31,867 nucleotides of DNA, from the NCBI GenBank assembly GCA_030596585.1, contig JAUVJM010000001.1, forward strand, positions 1-31,867, read 5' to 3'. The DNA is from a bacterium (GTDB lineage: Bacteria; NPL-UPA2; JAUVJM01). Made by a program: the position numbers and the translations under genes. Positions 1 through 8,701 of this stretch are shown here, piece after piece; the first letter of the stretch is position 1; every line of letters begins with the position of its first letter. The notes below the pieces were generated by a model. The model did not search any database, was not told the DNA's origin, and saw nothing but the letters and a program-made list of their open reading frames with translations.

Positions 1-126
1 CACGGAAGCACTCAGGAGGACGCTCTAAAAAACATCAACGAAGCTATGCAACTTTGGATTGATACAGCACGTGAGCACGGTGATCCTATTCCAGACCCAA
101 GGTGTCATCGTCTTATGTACGCATAA
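1..126 (+). CDS. hicB: HicB-family antitoxin, 3' end only (cut by window start)
   Basis: Frame 1 reads HGSTQEDALKNINEAMQLWIDTAREHGDPIPDPRCHRLMYA*, matching the HicB G-x-T-x-E-E-A-L...A...W...G-x-x-I-P pattern. Not in the ORF track. Confidence 0.85.
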   Translation, partial: HGSTQEDALKNINEAMQLWIDTAREHGDPIPDPRCHRLMYA

Positions 127-184
127 AGCAGCTGATCTCAAACGTCATACGGGGAAAAATAATACTAGTAAGGAGTAAATCATA

Positions 185-1264
185 ATGGAAAAATTTTCTG
201 AAGATGATTTGGTTGTAGAGGAAGAACAAGATGAGGAAACTGTCGCAATTAATTATGATATTGCAAGTTATCCATCAGACTTCACTCTTACTGTTATTGC
301 TCAAATGTGGGATGATAAAGATATTATCATTCCAAATTATCAACGAGAGTTTGTGTGGTCTATTAAGCAATCAAGCTTATTGATAGATTCATTTTTATGT
401 GGCCTTCCAGTCCCGCCAGTCTTTTTTTATATTGACGAAAATAACAAAAATCTTGTTATTGATGGTCAGCAAAGAATTTTAAGTGTTGTCTTTTTCTTTG
501 AAGGTTACTTTGGTAAAGAAAGTACACAGGGCAAGCGTAAAGTTTTTCGATTGTCTGGGCTTAATAAAAATAGCCCATATTACAATATGAGATTTGAGGA
601 TTTAGACGAAGGATTGCAAAGAAAGCTGAAGCAGGCAGTGTTGAGAGCTGTAAACATACGGCAGCTTAATCCAAGAGGAGAGAGCACAAGTGCTTATCAT
701 ATCTTTGAAAGGTTAAACACAGGAGGAACTCCATTAAAACCTCAAGAAATACGCAATTGTGTGTTTAGGGGAGGATTTAATAAACTTCTTAAGGACGCAA
801 ACAAAGATAAAAACTGGAGAAAAATACTTGGGAAACCATACATAGATAAGCATCAAAAAGATATAGAGCTACTTCTTAGAATATTTTCACTTGTTGGGGC
901 TGGTAATAAATATGAAAAGCCAATGAAAGAATTTCTTAATAAGGCAATGATAAAGCACAATTCTGGCGAAACAAAAAAAGTCACAAATTTTTTCAATGTT
1001 TTTTCAACAGTTACCCAAATTGTTGTTAATAAAATGGGAGAGAAACCATTTCATTTAAGAGGACCATTAAATGTATCTGCTCTTGATTCAGTTATGAGTG
1101 TTTTAATCGAAAAATATCGAAAGTTAGATTCTATAGACATAAAATCAAGGTATTCCGAACTGCGTCAAGATGAAAAATTTGATGAATATACTCGATACAA
1201 CACCACAGACACAAAAACAGTAGCTGAACGAATAGATATAGTTGCTGAAAAAATGACAGGGTAA
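185..1264 (+). CDS. DUF262 (ParB-like/GmrSD N-terminal) domain protein
   Basis: Motifs IPNYQREFVW, VIDGQQR and IFERLNTGGTPL; AAGGAG RBS upstream; visibly AT-rich. Confidence 0.9.
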   Translation: MEKFSEDDLVVEEEQDEETVAINYDIASYPSDFTLTVIAQMWDDKDIIIPNYQREFVWSIKQSSLLIDSFLCGLPVPPVFFYIDENNKNLVIDGQQRILSVVFFFEGYFGKESTQGKRKVFRLSGLNKNSPYYNMRFEDLDEGLQRKLKQAVLRAVNIRQLNPRGESTSAYHIFERLNTGGTPLKPQEIRNCVFRGGFNKLLKDANKDKNWRKILGKPYIDKHQKDIELLLRIFSLVGAGNKYEKPMKEFLNKAMIKHNSGETKKVTNFFNVFSTVTQIVVNKMGEKPFHLRGPLNVSALDSVMSVLIEKYRKLDSIDIKSRYSELRQDEKFDEYTRYNTTDTKTVAERIDIVAEKMTG

Positions 1265-1267
1265 AAA

Positions 1268-1774
1268 ATGGCTTACTCTGATCACTTTCTACATGCTGAT
1301 GATATTATTACACATCTAAATGGTATAGTGCCAACAATTGCAGATCCCCTACTTACTGCAAAATATGTTGGCTTTGTGTCTGTCGCTGCTGTAACTGTGT
1401 ATGAATTAGCCTTAAAAGAAATATTTATCGAATTTGCGCTCAAGAAGCATAAAGTGCTTGGTCATTTCACCAAATCATATTTTAATAGAATTAATGGAAG
1501 AATAAAGTTGAAAGTTATTAAAGAAGATTATATTAGTAGATTTGGGAATAAATACGATGTTAAATTCCAAAAGAACATTGAAAAAAAATGTCGAGATTAT
1601 TTTTTATTAAATCACCGTGATATTAGAAATTCTTATGCAAATTTAATCACGTGGCGCAACGACTTTGCCCATGAAGGAAAAATTAATTCAACAACTACTT
1701 ATAACGAAGTTGTTCAAGCATATGAGGATGGAAAAGAAGTTATTCATTGTCTTGCGGAATCAATGACAAGGTGA
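1268..1774 (+). CDS. HEPN-domain protein (putative RNase, MAE_28990/MAE_18760-like)
   Basis: R-x4-H motif WRNDFAH in a helical 168-aa protein starting 3 bp after the DUF262 gene. Confidence 0.75.
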   Translation: MAYSDHFLHADDIITHLNGIVPTIADPLLTAKYVGFVSVAAVTVYELALKEIFIEFALKKHKVLGHFTKSYFNRINGRIKLKVIKEDYISRFGNKYDVKFQKNIEKKCRDYFLLNHRDIRNSYANLITWRNDFAHEGKINSTTTYNEVVQAYEDGKEVIHCLAESMTR

Positions 1775-1828
1775 ATAAAAACGTCTAACACCTATAATGC
1801 CTCCCGGTGTCAAGGGCAAAAGATAAAC

Positions 1829-1856
1829 TTGACAAATGATATTATTGTGATATCAT
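1829..1856 (+). promoter_or_regulatory. sigma70-type promoter with overlapping palindromic operator for hicAB
   Basis: TTGACA (1829-1834), 16 bp spacer, TATCAT (1851-1856); inverted repeat ATGATAT-N7-ATATCAT at 1836-1856. Confidence 0.65.
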
Positions 1857-1862
1857 GTAATC

Positions 1863-2060
1863 ATGCCACGAAAAATACGACAACTTATTGCGGATTTAGA
1901 AAAGGTTGGTTTTGTCAATAGAGGAGGTAGGGGCAGTCACAGGAATTTTTTGCACCCTATATGTCCTTACATCGTTCGTATATCCGGAAACCCGAGTGCA
2001 GATGCATTACCCTATCAGGAAAAAGATGTAAAGCGGGCATTAAAGGAGATTTCGCCATGA
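1863..2060 (+). CDS. hicA: HicA-family toxin (mRNA interferase)
   Basis: 65 aa with GF...GRGSHRNFLHP (HicA G-S-H motif); ATGA overlap with hicB. Confidence 0.9.
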   Translation: MPRKIRQLIADLEKVGFVNRGGRGSHRNFLHPICPYIVRISGNPSADALPYQEKDVKRALKEISP

Positions 2061-2395
2061 GCAGAGAGACACAGGATGATTATTTGAAGATTGTGGAGTG
2101 GTCTGATGAGGATCAGCGCTATGTCGGGACCGCGCCGGGTCTGATTATTGGCGGTGTGCACGGCAGGAGCCAAAAAAAGGTTTTTGATGAATTGTGTGAA
2201 GCAGTAAAAGAAGCCATACAAATACTCCGTAAAGAGGGGCGGCCACTTCCGGCAGCAACGGCAGATAAGAAGTACTCTGGGAAAATAGCGCTAAGAATTT
2301 CTCCGCAACTACATAAAACTCTCACTGTGAAGGCGTTCCAATCCGGAGAGAGCGTTAATAAATTGATAGAGCACGAATTGCAAGAAGCCATATAA
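2057..2395 (+). CDS. hicB: HicB-family antitoxin with C-terminal ribbon-helix-helix
   Basis: Start reassigned to ATG 2057 (AAGGAG RBS, ATGA overlap); N-terminal IVEWSDEDQRYVG..PGL and C-terminal YSGKIALRISPQLH. Confidence 0.9.
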   Translation: MSRETQDDYLKIVEWSDEDQRYVGTAPGLIIGGVHGRSQKKVFDELCEAVKEAIQILRKEGRPLPAATADKKYSGKIALRISPQLHKTLTVKAFQSGESVNKLIEHELQEAI

Positions 2396-2399
2396 CCAG

Positions 2400-3809
2400 T
2401 CACTGCACCTGACCATTCAGTTGGTTTATTGACGCTGTTATATCCGGGAATATCTCAACATAATCAAGAAGTATTTTCCCTTTCCCTATTAACGTTATTC
2501 TAAATTCCAATATTTCTGCCGGTGTGTCAATACAGAAGGGCAGCTCCACACTTATGAATCCTTCCGTTTCCTTCGGCTCTAAGAAAGTTTCCGTAATAAC
2601 CTTACCGCCAAGTCTTGCAGCAACATCCAGCTTAATTTTAGTGTCACTGGATACATCGGATATTCTCAGCTTATACCTCGCGATGAAACTGCCGTGCGGA
2701 AACCCATCATAGGGTCCATATATGCAATCTTCTTCCCCTTCCTGACAGCTTACGGCAATACAGCTTCTTTTTTCATCAATAACTTTTTGCCCGCGGCGGG
2801 AAGTGAACTCCGTGCTTTCAAACCTGACCGTATTAGCATTACGCAAAATTTCTTCACTCAACCCTGTATCGTCTATATTTTCGATTCTCTCGTTTAATTC
2901 GGCCGCTTTCTCGACTTGACCTATCTTGCGGTAACATGCTGCAAGAAGGATTGCTGTCTCATATGATCCCTGCGCCTTTTCAAAATACTTGATTGCCTCC
3001 TCGTAGAGACCTGCATCATAATAAGGTTTCCCTATCTTGTATGAATCGGTTCCTATCTTCACGAAAACCTGAGAAGCGTCCTCATCTTTGCCAATAGAAA
3101 GTTTATAAAAATGCTTCGTGAAAGGAAATCCTCTTGCTGGATGTTCGAATAAGACTATTCTTGTCTCATATGGGGCCAGGCTTATCTTTCTCTCCTCCCG
3201 TCTGAGCTTTATCGTCACCCCAGTGGCAGAGAAGCTATTGGTCAGCGAAACTGCAATCTTACGAATTCTTTCCTCACTTACCAGCATCAATTGCCTCCCG
3301 GGATTTATTTGAAATTGAAGCGGGTCGATTCCAAAATCCTTCCCATTCAAAAAGACAAGTCCCGTCCCTGATTTTCTTGCCGGACAATGTGAAAATGGAG
3401 GAATCCTGAATTCCTTCTTGATGTCTCTGCCGGGGACCACAAACACTTTAAGGGAAGGGTTCCTGCGTATTATTCTTGGCATTCTGTTCTCCATGGAGAA
3501 TTCTTTCACAAGGATTCCATTCCGGGGGATTGGCATTTCCCCGAGGCAGCTTGAAACAAAAAGTTCCCCGGCGTCTCTCTGCCCTGTATATCCGGCATAT
3601 GGGTCATCCGCAGAATATGCACTTCCCGATACCACAAAAGATGGCGGTATATTCCGGCAAATCCATTCCCGCGCTATTGTTCTTGTATCGGCATACCTGA
3701 AGAAAAATGCCTCCTGCCGAGCGCCATAGACACATATACTAATGATAATACCGGACCCAATCCATACTATTGCTTTCCGGGGTCTGAACAAATTCCTAAA
3801 AGTAGTCAA
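2400..3809 (-). CDS. Single-TM periplasmic protein resembling the soluble C-terminal part of GT-C glycosyltransferases, with a TPR-like segment
   Basis: TTG start overlapping the upstream TGA; one N-terminal TM helix followed by DTRTIAREWI..NIP; TPR-like YYDAGLYEEAIKYFEKA; C-terminal YGPY beta-sandwich-like region. Confidence 0.55.
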   Translation of the reverse strand: MTTFRNLFRPRKAIVWIGSGIIISICVYGARQEAFFFRYADTRTIAREWICRNIPPSFVVSGSAYSADDPYAGYTGQRDAGELFVSSCLGEMPIPRNGILVKEFSMENRMPRIIRRNPSLKVFVVPGRDIKKEFRIPPFSHCPARKSGTGLVFLNGKDFGIDPLQFQINPGRQLMLVSEERIRKIAVSLTNSFSATGVTIKLRREERKISLAPYETRIVLFEHPARGFPFTKHFYKLSIGKDEDASQVFVKIGTDSYKIGKPYYDAGLYEEAIKYFEKAQGSYETAILLAACYRKIGQVEKAAELNERIENIDDTGLSEEILRNANTVRFESTEFTSRRGQKVIDEKRSCIAVSCQEGEEDCIYGPYDGFPHGSFIARYKLRISDVSSDTKIKLDVAARLGGKVITETFLEPKETEGFISVELPFCIDTPAEILEFRITLIGKGKILLDYVEIFPDITASINQLNGQVQ

Positions 3810-5569
3810 TCTTTGCCCCTTTTCTCTTCGTAAATATTAAATATTCCAATTTGCTCAACCTTGCTAAAATTTTCAGTAATATAAGAGCTTAGCTGTGGAA
3901 AATCATCTAATCTATCATGTATGCCAAACCAGCGGCATTTCTTTTCAAGTATCACAATTTCAACCATGTTTTTCTTTAAATCATCTACGATCCATCTGTC
4001 CAAATCTGCGTTGTGTGTCGCACAATATGTCTGTCCCTCGGCAAACCACACGACAGGTTGGGGAGATGGAACGTTGAGCAGTCCGTAAAAAATCGTAAAA
4101 TCAGGGAAAATGAAAAAATTCTTGTTCTTTGCTCTGAGGTATCCGATAAGGCTGACAATTTCATCCTCTCTAATATTAGCGCCTTTCACTCTTGTGGGTT
4201 GACCCCATTTCAGTCCTTTCAGCTTCTCCTCTGTGAAATATTTTGGAAATTTAGATCTCTGCACGGAATCCTGCACCCTTCGGTGCAAAGATACTTCTAT
4301 GCCGGACCTTGACACGGAGTACACTGATACCAGAATCCCGGTTACCAGCACTACCCTAACGGCTTTTTGACCAAGAGAGATAAACTTGTGATTTTGAATC
4401 TTAATCATCAGTGATGGCGCATTAAGCAAATCGAATAGAAGGGCTATACCAATCGCAAGGATTATACCGACGAAAGGCCATCCATTTTCCTCCTGATTAC
4501 GTGTGGTGGCGATAAACAGATATTGGAAAAACACGAAGTAGAGGCACACAATGCAGGATAAGAACTGCCGTCTTCGGGTGTCTTTGACCTTTCGAAAATT
4601 ATAAATGTATAGAAAAGACCCAAAAAGTGCGGCAAAAAAACATGTCCTTATAACTGACACAATAATTAACCTGTCAAATAGCCTGCCTACTCCTGTGATT
4701 CCTGCGGTGAAAGTTCGAAGCAAGCCTGACCACCCTCCAAGAAATTCAAGCCTATAACTCCCCAGCCTCCCGGGTATGGTGTAGAAGTATTCGAAAAAAT
4801 TTCCTATGTCCGATTTCAACCACAACCACAGGAAAAATGCCATTATGCTCGCAATAAATCCGGTAGAAAAAATAGCGCAGCTATACAACCCTTTTCTTAA
4901 GTCGGGTACATAAGCTCCGATTAACAATAGAAAGCATAACGGAAGAATAAACAAACCCGCGTTTTGTTTGCTCATGAAGGATAGAAATAGCAGGCAGCCG
5001 GAGATTAATAGAAGTAAACCATTGCCGGCTGAGTTGGGTTTTGCGGAAAGCGAAGCGTGCAGGAGAACCGTAATGGTCAGCAAGGAGAAAAAGAATGCAG
5101 TTTGGGAAATAGCTGGAGTTCCGGACGGAGGATAAAACCAGATTGCTGTGACAAACCCGGCTATGTATGATAAAAACCTACGAGAGGGAAAAAGCAGTCT
5201 GAGTATCGATATACTGCAGATTGTTGCCAGAATATTAGTAAATGCTGCACCAAATATGTAAGAGGAATAGTTAACGCCGAGAAGCTTGAAAAATATTGCC
5301 TGGAACCAGAAGAGCACCGGTCCAAAGGATGTCAAAAAATCCTTATAGGGTATTTGACCTGAAAGGATTCTATAGGCGCCGTCAAAGATTATAGATTGAT
5401 CAAATGCGAAAAAACCTCTTTCTCCTGCCTTGAAAGTTAAATAAAATGAAAACATCAGCAGTAACGCCAGCATAATCACATCGAATACCCTATTTGAAGA
5501 GCTTTTTATGACCGTTCTGAATAATGACCGTAATTCTCTTGTATTCATTTTAAGGTTTGCTGTTTGCAT
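3806..5569 (-). CDS. Polytopic membrane GT-C-fold glycosyltransferase-like protein
   Basis: About 12 hydrophobic segments; first-loop motif FDQSIIFDGAYRILSGQIPYKDF...GP; SKQN motif; soluble C-terminal domain. Alternative start ATG 5548. Confidence 0.65.
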   Translation of the reverse strand: MQTANLKMNTRELRSLFRTVIKSSSNRVFDVIMLALLLMFSFYLTFKAGERGFFAFDQSIIFDGAYRILSGQIPYKDFLTSFGPVLFWFQAIFFKLLGVNYSSYIFGAAFTNILATICSISILRLLFPSRRFLSYIAGFVTAIWFYPPSGTPAISQTAFFFSLLTITVLLHASLSAKPNSAGNGLLLLISGCLLFLSFMSKQNAGLFILPLCFLLLIGAYVPDLRKGLYSCAIFSTGFIASIMAFFLWLWLKSDIGNFFEYFYTIPGRLGSYRLEFLGGWSGLLRTFTAGITGVGRLFDRLIIVSVIRTCFFAALFGSFLYIYNFRKVKDTRRRQFLSCIVCLYFVFFQYLFIATTRNQEENGWPFVGIILAIGIALLFDLLNAPSLMIKIQNHKFISLGQKAVRVVLVTGILVSVYSVSRSGIEVSLHRRVQDSVQRSKFPKYFTEEKLKGLKWGQPTRVKGANIREDEIVSLIGYLRAKNKNFFIFPDFTIFYGLLNVPSPQPVVWFAEGQTYCATHNADLDRWIVDDLKKNMVEIVILEKKCRWFGIHDRLDDFPQLSSYITENFSKVEQIGIFNIYEEKRGKD

Positions 5570-6290
5570 CTAAGTTTAATTTCTTCCAAAACCTGCCGAT
5601 TTCATAGAGTGTTACAAATACATGTTTCATCTTCACCTTGGATACACCGGAGGTTCTTGCTAAATGACTTACCCCAATTTCTTTTATTTTGAGACCTTGC
5701 TTTTTCGCCTTTACCATTATTTCTGTATCAACAAAATAATCATTAGATTCGATCGTTCCAATTTTCTCCAAAGCTGAGCGTTTAAATAATTTAAATGAAC
5801 AGTCAATATCTTTTAATCTTAATCCAAATAAAATGCGCACCAGCAAATTGTATCCCCTGGACAGCCAAAGACGGTGTTTGGCATCCTTACGGTTTTGCCT
5901 GTAACCCACTACAATCTCATTTTCGTCAATCCAAGATAAAGCATGATGCAGGTCATTCATATCAAATTGATAATCACCGTCCGTAAAAAAGGTAAGATCG
6001 TACTGCGCAGCTGCAAAACCTGCCTTTAAGGCGTTGGCATAACCCTTACTCCGATTGTGATGAATGACTCTCACATATCCGCTGTTCTGTCTGCACAGTT
6101 CATCTGCGATTTCTTTCGTTTTATCAGTGCTGCCATCGTTAACTATGATCACCTCATAATGCTCGAAATTTAAACTAAGAATTCTTAGCAGGTCTTGAGT
6201 CAGCCTTGCTACAGTATTTTCCTCGTTCAAAACTGGGAAAAATGCAGAGATGGATTTCCTCAAGAACTTTTCTCTAAGCAGTTTTTGCAC
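5550..6290 (-). CDS. GT2 family glycosyltransferase (polyprenol-phosphate glycosyl synthase, DPM1/GtrB-like)
   Basis: FFPVLNEE, IIVNDGSTDKT, GYANALKAGF, FTDGDYQFD, DIDCSFKLF; GTG start. Confidence 0.9.
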   Translation of the reverse strand: MQKLLREKFLRKSISAFFPVLNEENTVARLTQDLLRILSLNFEHYEVIIVNDGSTDKTKEIADELCRQNSGYVRVIHHNRSKGYANALKAGFAAAQYDLTFFTDGDYQFDMNDLHHALSWIDENEIVVGYRQNRKDAKHRLWLSRGYNLLVRILFGLRLKDIDCSFKLFKRSALEKIGTIESNDYFVDTEIMVKAKKQGLKIKEIGVSHLARTSGVSKVKMKHVFVTLYEIGRFWKKLNLDANSKP

Positions 6291-6301
6291 TGACCTGTCC
6301 C

Positions 6302-8701
6302 CTAATCAAGATAGATCCAGCCTGAAGGTTTCCTTCTTCCTTCGATCTTTGAAACCAGCGATTCCAATCCGGCAGGGATTGGCGTAATGGTCATTGTGCA
6401 GAAAATAAGGTTATTGTCCTGAGAGTCAAGCCGTACGCTGAGCCTGTTAATCTTACGTGATAGGTTTAACTCAAGCTCGCGAGAAAATTTCCCCGCTGCG
6501 TCCACGTGTATGGGGAAGTTACCCAATTCTTTCCCTTCTAAGAGTTCAAGCATGGTTAATGTTCCCGTGGAGAGGACTTCACCTGTCCCATTGATGTGGA
6601 AGCGGTACATTCCGCCTGCAAGGTCTAAAGAGACTGGCAGTTTTTTTGTGATTTCCACGGACCATGACAATTTCTCTTGTGTTTTGTCGATGCCGTGAAC
6701 AACGTATCTATAGATTCCCCTCTTCAGAGGAGGGCGGCCGATGCCTGCGATGTTGCGCTTACCCACACAATTCGTGTTTGTGTTCCATGGAACCGCGGTA
6801 GGGATATCGAAATGCGTTTTCATCCATCCTGCGCTGAGGAAAACCCAGAGCAGGGTTATGTACATTCCCGTGAACAGAAGTGTGGGGCTGCTTCTCTTTT
6901 TTTCTCTTACCAACAAGAGAACCCAGAATAAAGTGAACAGTATGAAACTTGCGGTTACTGCCCCTGCATGTGTCCATGGGAAGTTCTGGAAGCTTCTGCC
7001 GAATGCAGGAAGGTTGAAACAGAAGGTGCGAAGCTGCTGGTGTGAAAGTGCTAAGTAACGAACAGGTCTGTTGAGGCTGCTTGGGTTGAGTACAAGGAAT
7101 AGCATATAGCTTACCGAGAGCAGGCTCAAGAATGCTGCCAGCCAGTAAAAGCTAAGGTTTTTTCTCCTTTTAAGGAAATATCCCAGCGGTACACAGGTAA
7201 GCGGAATAATTTCAACCAACCTGCGGCCTGGATGGTTAAAGGGATCTACCCAATGCCGTGATGAAGCTGTGTCAGCCACGAAACCGCTTACATAAAGAGC
7301 TAACAAAACGAAGCCGGCGGGGTTTCGCTTCTTGAAAGCGTAAATAAAAATCAATATGAAGCAGAGAAGGTGTATGGGACTTACAGATGCCATGCCGCGA
7401 TAATAGTCAAACCAGACACCGAGCATCCCGGGCCAGAAAGTCAGGACCCTTCCATCCTGGCCGAAGAGATGTTTTCCAAACCAGTGATAGTGAAACCAGA
7501 CAAACATTCCGAGGTTAAGAGCTTGAAGGATAACTGTGGTTAGAATTCTGGTATCGCGCAATTTTCTTATCCATTGATAGAGCAAAAAAATGCCAAGAAT
7601 TCCGTAGCATATGGTGAAAGTATCATGCAGCCAGAGGAGCCATGTTAGGAGAACGTTCAGGATTACTATCTGGTAAAGACTGTTGTCCTGGAAATTTCGC
7701 ATTCGGCGCCACACATAGAGCATGCACAATCCGCCTGGCACAAAGGGCCATGCGCGGAACGAATAGAACCACAACGGAGAACTGAAACTCAGCACTATCC
7801 ATGCTAATAAGCTTATGGTACTGTTTCCCGTTTCCTCCAATACTGCAAGGTACATCTGTGAAGCTAAAAACGCTCCGATAATACACATTATAACGAGTGC
7901 TTCTCTGAAATCATGAACTCCATCAAAGAACGGGGCGAGTATGAGGGGCAGTCCGACAGGGTGCCAGGAGTAAGCATGACCCTCTGCTGAATTGTCCGAA
8001 ATGTGGTATCTGGGTCCCGGCCTTTTTCTTTTGTCTCTAATATTGTTAGCCATATCAATGTCATGGTCCGAGTGCATGCTTCCGGCAATAGTAAAATAGT
8101 ACTTTACATCGCCGCTTTTGTATCCAATTCTCTCGCCTGCATACAGTCCGCTTGCCAGGAGAATGAAGAACGTAATTATCCAGACCATAAGTATATTGTA
8201 TAGGGGTTTGCTTTTTGACGGAGGGTGCGGCTCGAGCAGTCGTTCAGGATTTGTATAATCCGTTTCAATTGTTTCAACTGAAGATGTGTTAGTTTGTTCC
8301 GGTCGTTTCCAGAATATGAGTATCAGGAAACTAGCAATAGAAGAGGCGGGCAGAAGGACGAGAGCGAGCGGGATAAACTCCGGGAATTTGACTGACAATG
8401 GCGAGAGGATAAGAGGCGTAAGAACTAAATGCCAGAGGGCGGCAAAGGGAACCAATGATCTTTTCTTTCTTTGCAGGAGGAGACAGGAGGAAAATGCGGC
8501 TATGAGGAATGCCGCGAAGAGGGTGATGGAGGCGAGGCTAAACGGGGACGGTGTGCGCCACAGGAGGAGGGGTCCGACAGAATGCTTCAGAAACACCACG
8601 CGAAAAGGCAGGCTGACAGTATAGAGGTATGCCCATAGCGCGATGGCAGTCGGCAGTGCTATGCAGAACAGGATGGAAAAATATTTTCTTGTCTTAATCA
8701 A
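6302..8701 (-). CDS. Polytopic membrane GT-C-like protein, tandem paralog A
   Basis: Many TM helices; GDVKYY..IAGSMHSDHDIDMAN loop, HAYSWHPVG, HPGRRLVEIIP; TTG start overlaps the stop of paralog B. Confidence 0.65.
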   Translation of the reverse strand: MIKTRKYFSILFCIALPTAIALWAYLYTVSLPFRVVFLKHSVGPLLLWRTPSPFSLASITLFAAFLIAAFSSCLLLQRKKRSLVPFAALWHLVLTPLILSPLSVKFPEFIPLALVLLPASSIASFLILIFWKRPEQTNTSSVETIETDYTNPERLLEPHPPSKSKPLYNILMVWIITFFILLASGLYAGERIGYKSGDVKYYFTIAGSMHSDHDIDMANNIRDKRKRPGPRYHISDNSAEGHAYSWHPVGLPLILAPFFDGVHDFREALVIMCIIGAFLASQMYLAVLEETGNSTISLLAWIVLSFSSPLWFYSFRAWPFVPGGLCMLYVWRRMRNFQDNSLYQIVILNVLLTWLLWLHDTFTICYGILGIFLLYQWIRKLRDTRILTTVILQALNLGMFVWFHYHWFGKHLFGQDGRVLTFWPGMLGVWFDYYRGMASVSPIHLLCFILIFIYAFKKRNPAGFVLLALYVSGFVADTASSRHWVDPFNHPGRRLVEIIPLTCVPLGYFLKRRKNLSFYWLAAFLSLLSVSYMLFLVLNPSSLNRPVRYLALSHQQLRTFCFNLPAFGRSFQNFPWTHAGAVTASFILFTLFWVLLLVREKKRSSPTLLFTGMYITLLWVFLSAGWMKTHFDIPTAVPWNTNTNCVGKRNIAGIGRPPLKRGIYRYVVHGIDKTQEKLSWSVEITKKLPVSLDLAGGMYRFHINGTGEVLSTGTLTMLELLEGKELGNFPIHVDAAGKFSRELELNLSRKINRLSVRLDSQDNNLIFCTMTITPIPAGLESLVSKIEGRRKPSGWIYLD

